Part shown: positions 28,678 to 37,672 of the stretch, one piece after another
Layout: each line of letters starts with the position of its first letter
Position numbering within the stretch: the stretch's first letter is position 1
Source: an uncultured Actinomycetota bacterium
GTDB lineage: Bacteria > Actinomycetota > Thermoleophilia > Solirubrobacterales > Solirubrobacteraceae
DNA length: 64,000 nt
Direction of reading: 5' to 3'
Assembly: GCA_963801435.1 (NCBI GenBank)
Contig: CAWDFE010000029.1
Span: 80,273-144,272 of the forward strand
Made by a program: the position numbers and the translations under genes
Notes under the pieces: generated by a model
The model's database searches: none
Told to the model about the DNA's origin: nothing
What the model saw: only the letters and a program-made list of their open reading frames with translations

Positions 28678-29880
28678 ATGCGTAGGAGGGGTCCGACGCG
28701 AGAGCAGGGGGGTGGGGTCGGGCTAGCACCCCACCCTGGTGGTCGCTGGCCGCGGCGCGTCGGTCCCAACCTGCAGTGCGCCGGCCGGACAGTCCCGATC
28801 TTCCGTGTCACTGCGCTGACCGGCGCGGCCGCCGCGGTGTCACTCGCCGTTTGGGAGGCCAGCCGCCTAGGAGTGTCACCGCTTGTCGAGCTCGGTGTGT
28901 GCCTGGTCGCGGTGCTGACCTTCCTCACGCTCGCGTTCGTGACCAAAGCGGTGGCCGGTGGGGAGACTCTCATCTACTACCACCATGAAATCGCCGTACT
29001 CGGTGTGACGGCTACGACGTGCCTCGTGCTCGGCCTGGCCCCCGGCCGCTATCTCGACGCCACCGCGCTCGGCCTCGGCGCCTGCCTGGGAATCGGGCGC
29101 ATCGGCTGCGTGGCCGCCGGCTGCTGCCACGGGCGGCCGGGCAGGCACGGGATCGCCTACGGCGAGCGGTACGCATCGAGTGGGTTCCCGCCGTGGCTGA
29201 TGGGTACCACGCTCGTCCCAGTCCCGGCGATCGAGAGCGCGCTCGTCGCGCTGGTCGTGGTCATCGGTTGTGTGGCCGTCGCCGATGCTCACGCCCCTGG
29301 AGCGGCATTCGTCTGGTACGTCGAGGGCTACGGCGTCATTCGCTTCTTCCTGGAAGAGCTGCGAGGCGACAGCTCTCGCCGATTCGTTCTCGGCCTCTCG
29401 GAGGCACAGTGGACCTCGGTGGCCATCGTGCTCTGCATGACGCTCCTCGGTCTCGCCGGCATCACGCCGGGAGGTCCGAGCTCCCTCGTCGCATTGGCCG
29501 TGGTCGGGCCCGGCGCCGTCGTGATCGGCCTCCGCGCGCGTCGCACCGATCGGGACGCGCTTGAACCGCGCCATGTCCGAGAGCTCGCGCGGCTCGCCCA
29601 CGGGAAGGACCGATGGATCTCACCCCGCGAGACATCGCTCGGAGTGCTCGTCTCCGGAGGCCGGGTCCAAGCTGCCGATCACTGGTCCCTATCCCGCCGT
29701 CGCCCGGCGCTCTCGGAGCGAGAGGCGACGATCCTGGCGCAGCAGTTGGTCGCGATCCGCGCGCCCGGAGGCTCGTCACCCCGGGTGATCCGGGGGGTGG
29801 CTGACGTCTACCACGTCCTGCTTCCCGAGCCGGAGGAGCTCCTACAGGAACGGAGTCCCCGTCCGAACCAGCAGCGCTGA
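28678..29880 (+). CDS. Divergent Lgt (prolipoprotein diacylglyceryl transferase)-like membrane enzyme; start uncertain
   Basis: GRIGC.AAGCCHG (Lgt GRxGNF-like box), YYHHE and YGVIRFFLEELRGD motifs; multiple TMs; TGA overlaps the next ATG. Confidence 0.8.
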   Translation: MRRRGPTREQGGGVGLAPHPGGRWPRRVGPNLQCAGRTVPIFRVTALTGAAAAVSLAVWEASRLGVSPLVELGVCLVAVLTFLTLAFVTKAVAGGETLIYYHHEIAVLGVTATTCLVLGLAPGRYLDATALGLGACLGIGRIGCVAAGCCHGRPGRHGIAYGERYASSGFPPWLMGTTLVPVPAIESALVALVVVIGCVAVADAHAPGAAFVWYVEGYGVIRFFLEELRGDSSRRFVLGLSEAQWTSVAIVLCMTLLGLAGITPGGPSSLVALAVVGPGAVVIGLRARRTDRDALEPRHVRELARLAHGKDRWISPRETSLGVLVSGGRVQAADHWSLSRRRPALSEREATILAQQLVAIRAPGGSSPRVIRGVADVYHVLLPEPEELLQERSPRPNQQR

Positions 29881-32800
29881 TGGAGCACGGTCACGACGAT
29901 GCGCAGGCCACGCCCGAGCCGGCGGTCGGTCAGGCCAAGGCTCCTGGCGCGGAGCAATCAGGTTTCGACTCGCTCCTGCGCGGACCGGCGGGTTCCCTCT
30001 CTCACGCGGACCTGATGGCCCTCCAGCGCTCGGCTGGCAACCAGGCGGTCCTCGGGTTGCTGCGCGCGGTGGCGCCTCCGTCCGGCCAGCGCCGGTTGAC
30101 GCGGATTGCTGACCCGCCCTCCGCGACCCGGACCGTGGCCGGGCTAGAGATCGTCTCCGACGACGCGCTCGCCGGCCCCGGCCAGATCTCCAAGAGGGCA
30201 TTCCTGGACCAGGTCGAGCACGCCGTGCGAGATGTCGTCGATCACGAGCTCGCCGGGACGATCTTCCGGTCGCAGGGGTGCCCTTGGATCGCGCATTGGA
30301 TGGCCTACTACGGCGGGCGAACTCCAGCCGAGCTCCACGACGCCCTCGTGCAATACGCGCCCGCAGCCGGCGCGGCGTCGGGTCTCGACGAGATCTTGGC
30401 GGCTATCCGGGCCCGCGTGGGGGACGGCATCGCGACGTGGCGTGCGACACGGGCCATCCCGGACCTGACGCCGGCTGCCAGTGGCGATTCCGCGTCCGGG
30501 GCTTCGCGGCCTCTCATGCGCGCCGCCCGGGAGCCAGACGATGCGCGCAGCGTGCAGGCCGAGCTGGGGTCAGGACGCGCGTTGGACCCGTCGGTCGCCG
30601 CCCGCATGACCCAGTTACTCGGCCCGGACGTGGCGCGTGCACGGGTGCACACCGATGCACTCGGCGGGCGTGTGGCCGAGCGTCATCGGGCCACTGCGGT
30701 CGCGGTCGGCCACCATGTCGCATTCGCGCAGGGCGCGTACCAACCGGGTACACCGCTTGGCGACGCCTTGATCGCCCATGAGCTGGCGCACGTCGCCCAA
30801 CACGTCGACAGCCCCAGCGCGCCGGTGGCGGCGTCCGCCGACGCCGAACGCGAGGCGGCGGCGGCGGGCATCGCCGCGTTCGCCCAACGTGGGGCGCCGG
30901 AGTTGCTCAGGGAGACGGCGCGGTCGCTGCGCAGGAGCGTGCGCTCCGGCCTCGCGCTGCGACGCTGTGATCCCCATACATGGCCGACCACGCCCGGGGT
31001 CTTCGGACGTGCGCCACAGATGGTGCGCCCAGGGTTTGATCGGGCCGGCAACGTCCCCGGCGCGATCCCGAAGGTCGTCGACAGCGCCGGGGTCTCGAGC
31101 TTCGACTTCGACGGTGACGGCGACCAGAGCGCTGAGCTGCGCGCCGATGTCAAGACGGCGGAATTGTGGACCAGCGGCGCGGCCAAGCGGGTGACCGTCG
31201 GACTCACCCAGCTCTCGTCCCAGCGGCGGATGGTGGCCGACTTCCAGCTGCCCGACATGTCTCAGGGCGGAGGACCGCCCCAGGTGGCGGTAGCGGAGAC
31301 CACCGATGGCGAGCGGCCGACCGTGATAGCGCTCACCCTGCCCATCGGAACCCAGGAGCTGCGCGTGCAGCCGGTCCGGCGTTTCGCCACCTCGGCCCGT
31401 TACGTTCTCGAGCTCACCGGCCAGGACGGCCGCATGGCGTCGCAGCCGCGCCTCGAGCAGAGGGTCAACTACGACTTCCCCCTCGAGACGGCCGCGCTCA
31501 ATGAGGTGTTCGCCACCTACGACCCAAACCGGGACCCGGACAAGCAGGGTCCGCGAGACTTCGTGCAGGTCGGCGGCATCTGGTCGCTGGACGTCACCAT
31601 CGGCGCTTACGGCGATCGCTTTCGCATGACGTTCCGCCGCGTGATGGAGGGCGTCAGCACGGTCGAGATGGGGCTGTCAGTGCTTGCGAAGCCGAAGGGC
31701 GCTGCCGACGATTCCGACGACCAGCCGCTGGCCGGCCGCGCGATCGTGCTCGAGGTCGGTGGCGCGCTCGCGCCGAAGATCCTCAAGAGCGACCCGACGG
31801 CGCTGCTGCTCGACCTCGATGGCGACGGCAGGGTCGACGTCATCGTTCACGACCGGCTGACGTTGCGCGCCGACGCGAAGGGGCCGGGGACGAATGACCG
31901 AGACCACGAGATTACGGTCGCCGGGCCGTCGACGGTCGCGCAGCGGTTCAAGTTCCCGGTGAGGGACGGGTTCATCCTGGCGGGGCCGCCACAGGGCGTG
32001 GCTACCGATTTCTTCGCCGCTTCGGACACCCATGCGGTCAGCTCCTTGGCGGCGCAGGAGCAGGTGGGCGTGTTCGACGAGAAGAAGGGACAGCTGCTCG
32101 GTGAGCTGGTCTCCGTCGAGCGCACCCTCGCCGCGCTGCGCAAAAAGGCGATGGAGGAGAAGCTGATCTCCGAGAGCCTGTACAAGGCGTGGAACCAGGC
32201 CGAGTGGGACTTCGCGTCGCTGGCGGCGTACGAGAGATCAGAGCCTCCAGCCGACCTCGTCGAGTCCGTCACCAAGTCGGCCAAGACGTTCTACGACGAG
32301 CTCGAGCACGCTACCGCGCGCGGCGAAGAGGACATCGAGGGCGCCGACAACGCGACCGTCGCGCAGAAGAACCCCTACACCGGCAGCCGCCGGCGGATCT
32401 TGTGGCCCGGACCGTCGGACATCGACGCCGGCGGGAACTTCGCGGCGCAGATCACCGCCCGTAAGTGGAAGGACGCCGGGGAGACCTACCGCAAGCTCGT
32501 CGATGGTCTGGATCGGTGGGTGGCCTTCGTCAACCGCGAGAAGTACGGCCAGAAAACGGACGTTGACAAGCCCGAAACCCAGCGCGCGCTCGTTGGAGAG
32601 CGCCTGACCGGGTTGCGCGAGGCGTTGCGTGAGCTCGAGCCCAAGAATCCGACCCGCGTCTCGGCGGTGCTGCACACGGACGAGGTCTTCGAGCACACGG
32701 GCGATATCCAGGAGATCCCGCTCTCGCTGTACTACTGGAAGGAGGACGACGACTGGTACGTCAAGGATCTGACGACGCCCGACGACATGCCGCACTGGAG

Positions 32801-35048
32801 CATAAGCGCACGGGCGGGTGAGACCGAGCCGCCGAGCCGACTCTTCTACAAGCTCGACGACAACGCCCATTTCCCGAAGGGGATGATCCACTGGATGCTG
32901 CCGAGCGGCCTCGGCGGCGTTGTGCGCACCACGGGGCCGAGCACGATCCGCCGCTGGGCCACATATATCGGCGTCGGGGCCGCGGCCATTGGGCTCGGCC
33001 TGGTGACGTTCGGCTCTGGGAGTGTCGCGGTCGTGGGCGGCTACGTCCTCGCGGGGTCCGCAATTCTCGGTGCCGCCACCGCGGGATACGACCTCTACGA
33101 GAAGGGCACGCACGGGACCCTGACGGCGGGAACGGCAGTGCTCGACGTCGCCCAGATCGCCTCGGCCGTCACCGGGTTTGGGGCACTTCGCTTCGGACGC
33201 ATCCTGGCGGGCGTGCGGACCGCCGCTGCCGAGGGCGCGGCGGTCGAAGCGACGAGTGCCATCCAGCTGGCGCAGCGGGCGTACGTGCCGCTCCGGATGG
33301 CGCAGGTCACCTCGGACGTGGTGACGCTCGCGGTGATGAGCGCCGACCTCGAAAAGCAGGTGGATCGGATCAACAAGGCCCAGATCTCCGACCCCGAGCG
33401 CAAGCGTGCGTTCGCGCTGCTGTTCACACAGTTCGCGTTCACAGGCGGTTTGACGGCGCTGTCGGTGAAGGGTCTGATGCCGGAGATGCTCGGCAAGGGA
33501 CAGGACATCGCCATCGTCCGGTACGGCGACAAAGAGTTCGCCATCCCGCGCGGCGAGTCGGTCCAGGGCAGCGAGATCAACCAGCGTGCCGCAAAGCTGG
33601 GCAACGCCCCCGACGGGGCCGCTCAGGAGCAGCTGCTGAAATCGATGGGCAAGATCGGAGGCAAGGCGGGGAGCGCGCTCACCGAGATCGAGATGATGCG
33701 GCTGCGGCCGGATGCGACCGGCAAGGTGACCGTTGGCCCGACCGGGAAGGTTTCCGCTGGGGGCAAGGATGCCGGGAACCTCGCCGACCTCGTCGAGAAG
33801 GCACAGCAGGCCAACGCCGCAGCTGCGGCCCACGGCGTCAAATGGCAGTACTCGGTGAAGATCAGCAAGGCCGGAGCGGACGGCGCCAGCCCGGTGCAGG
33901 TGGTCGCCGAGCCGCGGGCGACGGCCGCCCCCGGGAATGACATCGCGAGCCTGCAGCTGTTCACCAATGCCACCACGGGCCGCGCGCAGCTGGTCGCCGG
34001 CAAGACCGCAGAGCTCAAGAGGCTCGACGTCGGCAGCCGGATCGAGATCCTCGCCGACGGTCGGCTGCGGATCAACGATCAGATCGACATCGGTGTCGAG
34101 TTGCTCAGCCGCCTCAAGCAGGACGAGCTCAAGACGTTGCTCAAGGGCACCAAGGAGCTCGACGCCACCGGCTGGAGCCTGGAGACGCTCAAGCAGCGGG
34201 ACAAGCCGTTGTTCGACGAGATCGAGAAATCGCTCCTGTCGACCGGGGCATACCGGCTGCGCGTCGCCGCGCACAAGACCGAGGGACTCAGGTGGGCGCA
34301 GACCGAGCTGAAGCTGGCGCCCGATCTGCAGACCGAGCTCGGGGTCCTGATGGGCAAGGCCGATGAACCCTCACTGACGCGCTTCTTCGACCTGGCCAAC
34401 GAGTCCTCCGGCTTCAAGGAGGCGCTGGACCCGCAGGCGCGCTCGCTGTTCGCGAAGGTAGCCCTAGAGGGTAAGCCGACATCGCTGGCGGACTTCGTCA
34501 ATCGCTACCAGTACGCCAGGGCGGAGATGCTCCGGCAGAAAGCGCTCGCGGGTAAGGGCGTGGCGAACGAAAAGCCGCTGTTGGAGAAGTACGACGCCGA
34601 CAAGACCCTGCGCGACTCGATCGGCAACGCGGAGAACGCGGCACGGCAGGCTAACGTCGCGAAGATCGGGTCCACGACCATCAAGCCGGGCTCGACCAGT
34701 GCCGAGACTGTGGCCGCGCTGCGCGAGCACCCGGAGCAGCTCAAGTTCGGCGACGAGGGGGCACTCACCTATCACGTGCGCAAGCACCACAACGAGCTCC
34801 CGGAAGCCGAGCGCGCCGGCCAGCCGGGTATGAAGTCAGCCGAGACCGACGCGTACCTAGAGTCCGCCCGCAAGACGCTCGTCGAGCAGCCGCCCGGTAG
34901 CGTGAAGACCATGCCCACACAGGACGGGCTCGGCACCGTCTACACGTTCGAGCGTCAGCGACCCGGTGGGAGGTCCGGCAGGACGAGCAAGTTGCTCGTG
35001 CTCGTCCGCTTTGACGGCCAGGCCACGATCCTCACGTTCATTCCCTAG
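29880..35048 (+). CDS. DUF4157 (eCIS core domain) polymorphic toxin, 1722 aa, probable C-terminal nuclease
   Basis: LQRSAGNQAV; ARVHTD...AVG..VAF..GAYQPGT..G..LIAHELAHVAQ; Gly/Ala-rich TM hairpin; C-terminal YHVRKH...TF. Confidence 0.85.
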   Translation: MEHGHDDAQATPEPAVGQAKAPGAEQSGFDSLLRGPAGSLSHADLMALQRSAGNQAVLGLLRAVAPPSGQRRLTRIADPPSATRTVAGLEIVSDDALAGPGQISKRAFLDQVEHAVRDVVDHELAGTIFRSQGCPWIAHWMAYYGGRTPAELHDALVQYAPAAGAASGLDEILAAIRARVGDGIATWRATRAIPDLTPAASGDSASGASRPLMRAAREPDDARSVQAELGSGRALDPSVAARMTQLLGPDVARARVHTDALGGRVAERHRATAVAVGHHVAFAQGAYQPGTPLGDALIAHELAHVAQHVDSPSAPVAASADAEREAAAAGIAAFAQRGAPELLRETARSLRRSVRSGLALRRCDPHTWPTTPGVFGRAPQMVRPGFDRAGNVPGAIPKVVDSAGVSSFDFDGDGDQSAELRADVKTAELWTSGAAKRVTVGLTQLSSQRRMVADFQLPDMSQGGGPPQVAVAETTDGERPTVIALTLPIGTQELRVQPVRRFATSARYVLELTGQDGRMASQPRLEQRVNYDFPLETAALNEVFATYDPNRDPDKQGPRDFVQVGGIWSLDVTIGAYGDRFRMTFRRVMEGVSTVEMGLSVLAKPKGAADDSDDQPLAGRAIVLEVGGALAPKILKSDPTALLLDLDGDGRVDVIVHDRLTLRADAKGPGTNDRDHEITVAGPSTVAQRFKFPVRDGFILAGPPQGVATDFFAASDTHAVSSLAAQEQVGVFDEKKGQLLGELVSVERTLAALRKKAMEEKLISESLYKAWNQAEWDFASLAAYERSEPPADLVESVTKSAKTFYDELEHATARGEEDIEGADNATVAQKNPYTGSRRRILWPGPSDIDAGGNFAAQITARKWKDAGETYRKLVDGLDRWVAFVNREKYGQKTDVDKPETQRALVGERLTGLREALRELEPKNPTRVSAVLHTDEVFEHTGDIQEIPLSLYYWKEDDDWYVKDLTTPDDMPHWSISARAGETEPPSRLFYKLDDNAHFPKGMIHWMLPSGLGGVVRTTGPSTIRRWATYIGVGAAAIGLGLVTFGSGSVAVVGGYVLAGSAILGAATAGYDLYEKGTHGTLTAGTAVLDVAQIASAVTGFGALRFGRILAGVRTAAAEGAAVEATSAIQLAQRAYVPLRMAQVTSDVVTLAVMSADLEKQVDRINKAQISDPERKRAFALLFTQFAFTGGLTALSVKGLMPEMLGKGQDIAIVRYGDKEFAIPRGESVQGSEINQRAAKLGNAPDGAAQEQLLKSMGKIGGKAGSALTEIEMMRLRPDATGKVTVGPTGKVSAGGKDAGNLADLVEKAQQANAAAAAHGVKWQYSVKISKAGADGASPVQVVAEPRATAAPGNDIASLQLFTNATTGRAQLVAGKTAELKRLDVGSRIEILADGRLRINDQIDIGVELLSRLKQDELKTLLKGTKELDATGWSLETLKQRDKPLFDEIEKSLLSTGAYRLRVAAHKTEGLRWAQTELKLAPDLQTELGVLMGKADEPSLTRFFDLANESSGFKEALDPQARSLFAKVALEGKPTSLADFVNRYQYARAEMLRQKALAGKGVANEKPLLEKYDADKTLRDSIGNAENAARQANVAKIGSTTIKPGSTSAETVAALREHPEQLKFGDEGALTYHVRKHHNELPEAERAGQPGMKSAETDAYLESARKTLVEQPPGSVKTMPTQDGLGTVYTFERQRPGGRSGRTSKLLVLVRFDGQATILTFIP

Positions 35049-35058
35049 GCGAGATCGA

Positions 35059-35571
35059 GTGTCAGACGCAATCGAACCCGCCCCGATGCTCGACCAGCTC
35101 GAGCAGGTGCTCGACCGCGCACAACCGGGCACGGAAGAGGCCGAACAGGAACGGATCGCCGCCGCCGCGCTCGACGTCCTGTACGACATTGGGCTCGCCT
35201 TGAACACCGGTCGTCTGCCTCGCTCAAAGGTGCAGCCAGTGCTGGACCGCACACGGGGGAGACTCCCGCTGCTGGAGCGGGGCATCTTCGGGGTCGTCGT
35301 CGACGGCTCTGCGCCGTTACTGAACGACATCGTGTTTCCGGACGCCTGGCGGGAGGTGTGCACAACGCGCTCGGGGCTGCAGTTCGCGATCGACCTCTAC
35401 TGGGATGGCCGGGTCCCCGAACAGCTCGGTGAAGACCTTAAGCAATTCGATTACCTGCTCGAACAGGTCGCAAAGCGCGATGCTCCGCTGCCACCCGAGC
35501 ACGTGCCCCTCGGCGTTCCCCGCTACCACTGGTGGTGGTGGGTCCCTTACGAGGACCGACCGGCCCACTGA
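35059..35571 (+). CDS. Putative immunity protein
   Basis: Starts 10 bp after the toxin stop; acidic, 170 aa; ends P.GVPRYHWWWW. Confidence 0.7.
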   Translation: MSDAIEPAPMLDQLEQVLDRAQPGTEEAEQERIAAAALDVLYDIGLALNTGRLPRSKVQPVLDRTRGRLPLLERGIFGVVVDGSAPLLNDIVFPDAWREVCTTRSGLQFAIDLYWDGRVPEQLGEDLKQFDYLLEQVAKRDAPLPPEHVPLGVPRYHWWWWVPYEDRPAH

Positions 35572-35608
35572 CCCCCAGACCGGGCGCCGGACAGCCTCAT
35601 GGTTTCAA

Positions 35609-35649
35609 CGCGCCCGGGGGAGATGCGAACTCCCGACCTTCGGTTCCGT
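35609..35649 (-). other. Degenerate 3' half of tRNA-Arg(ACG), att-site relic
   Basis: Minus strand reads ACG-GA-ACCGA-AGGTC-GGGAG-TTCGCAT-CTCCC-CCGGGCGCG; 5' half absent. Confidence 0.7.
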
Positions 35650-36144
35650 CGTTCCCCCTGGAGGGCTTTCGCAGTAGATACGGGCGGCGGGGCCGCCAAA
35701 GAAAAAGACACCGCAGCCTGGCTCGCCTTTTCGGGGGCGATCACAGTCGCTGTCCTGGCTGCCTCGACAGGCAACGTACGCCACAATCGCCAGCTTCGCC
35801 ACGATCGCCAACTGAAAGATCTTGAAGAATTCAGGGCGCTCCTTGATGAGTGCGCACGAATGGCCGGCGAGACTTCTCAGCTCGCCCTCGCGCTGCTCAC
35901 GCGATGCGTTAACGCCCGGCAGCTTGACACCGAACCTCCCGTCGCGATGCCGACTCCGCTCTTGCGCAACCTTGGAGTCGATATCGCGGCCAAACCAGCT
36001 GATTACCTAACCACGGATCCTGATATCCAAGCACTGGAGGATGGGTTCTATTCGGCGGCCAAACCGGTGTTCGGCCTGTACCAGCGCGTCGTGCTCCGGC
36101 TCGGAGAGGAACATGGGTCGCCAAGAGCTACCTGGCACTGCAGA

Positions 36145-36350
36145 GGCATGATCACCGTGAGCGGCTGCCTCACCGACAACGGCGGCGCCTACCGCTCCGC
36201 GCTGTCCGGGTCGCTTGTCGCGCCCTCGGAATCGGTCATCTGCGCACCCGGCTACCGACCCCAGACAAACGGCAAAGCCGAACGCTTCATCCAAACCCTG
36301 GTCGGCGGCTGGGCCTACGGCGTCGTCTATCCCAACAGCACCGCCGGCCA
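36145..36350 (+). mobile_element. IS481-family transposase fragment
   Basis: LTDNGGAYRS...YRPQTNGKAERFIQTL..GWAYG. Confidence 0.8.
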
Positions 36351-36407
36351 GCGCGGAGCTCGCGGCGAGCATGATCGCCGGGCCGAGGAGAGGTCATCGC
36401 TGGCGGT

Positions 36408-37283
36408 TCATGCGCCGGCGCTCTTGCGGCCATGGGCGAGCAGGCTCATGCCGGGGATGTCGAGGCCGGTCGGGGTGCGGTAGGCGCTGATCGCCTCGGC
36501 GGCGCGGTCGCGCAGCTCGCGGGCGTCGTCGTCGGGGAGGCTGGCGAGCATCATCGACAGCGGTCCTGCCAGAGCGGCGGTGCGCTCCCACCACTCATCG
36601 ATCGAAGCCGCGCGGTAGGGCGTCGCCAGCTCGTCGACCGTCACGTCGTCGAGTCCGCCCTCGGCCAGCAACGCGGCGAGGCGGCCGGCGTCCGATAAGG
36701 AGAACGGGTGGGGCGTCGCCGGCGGCGGCAGCGTCAGCCCCAGCTGGGCGCCAACGACATCGAAGACCACGCCGAGCCACGGGTTGCGGTCGCGCGGGCC
36801 CCAGACGGTGAGCGCGACGCGGCCACCGGGGCGCAGGACGCGATGGATCTCGGCCGTGGCGCGGGCGGGGTCGGCGACGAGCATCAGGCCCTCGCGGCAT
36901 AGCACGACGTCAAAGGACGAGTCGGGCTCATCGATCTGCTCGAGGTCCAGGTCGCGGGTGCGGACGCGGTCCAATCCGAGGATCCGCGCACGGACCGAGG
37001 CGATGGTGGTCATCTCGGCCACTACATCTGAGACGACGACATCGCCGTCGGGGTCAACGAGCGGCGCGGCCGCGAAGCCGGGCCCGCCGGGGCCGCAGGC
37101 CAATTCGAGGACGCGCTCGCCGGGCTGCGGCGTCGCGACGCGTAGCAGCGCCTCGGTGACCGGGGTGCCGCGGTCGTCGATGAAGTCGGCGTGCGCGGCC
37201 CATCCGGGCGCCACCGCGGCCCACATGCCGTGCAGCTGGGTGCGCAGCGCGTCGCTGCGGTGATCGATGCTCCTAGTGCTCAT
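36408..37283 (-). CDS. Class I SAM-dependent methyltransferase
   Basis: VLELACGPG, FDVVLCR and RVLRPGGR motifs. Confidence 0.9.
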   Translation of the reverse strand: MSTRSIDHRSDALRTQLHGMWAAVAPGWAAHADFIDDRGTPVTEALLRVATPQPGERVLELACGPGGPGFAAAPLVDPDGDVVVSDVVAEMTTIASVRARILGLDRVRTRDLDLEQIDEPDSSFDVVLCREGLMLVADPARATAEIHRVLRPGGRVALTVWGPRDRNPWLGVVFDVVGAQLGLTLPPPATPHPFSLSDAGRLAALLAEGGLDDVTVDELATPYRAASIDEWWERTAALAGPLSMMLASLPDDDARELRDRAAEAISAYRTPTGLDIPGMSLLAHGRKSAGA

Positions 37284-37349
37284 GGTCGTGTCTCGTAATC
37301 GGTTGATGAATGGAATGGACTGGTGATGGGTCCGAGTGTGCGATCAACC

Positions 37350-37603
37350 CGGCGCGCGTTCAATCGGGGACCTCCCGGCTATCGGCGAACGCGCCGATCG
37401 CGACGCCCACCGCCACTTGGACGTAGGGCACGTCGACGCGTGCATTGCGCTCGCGACAGTGCCCAGCGAGTCGGCTTCGAACAGGCAAAGCACGTCTCGT
37501 CTTCCGGGATCAGAACGGAGCCGAGGTAGGTGATCTTGGCGCCCTTGGCCCGTATGGCGTCGACGACGCCGACCTGCGGGCAGGGCGCGGATGCTTTGGT
37601 CAT
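37350..37603 (-). pseudogene. DUF4242-like small protein, frameshifted
   Basis: YLGSVLIPEDETCF in one frame and CLFEADS in another. Confidence 0.55.
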
Positions 37604-37672
37604 CGCGCGAAGCTACGCCTGGAGTCCGCTCGGAAACCGAGAACTCCCGGGGCTTGCCGACCGGAGCAGAAT

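Noticed and set aside
35609-35649. Functional tRNA-Arg gene
   Set aside because: No 5' half, altered T-loop and an extra base
35599-36483. Single 294-aa gene
   Set aside because: Read-through across the att relic, an unknown fragment and an IS481 piece
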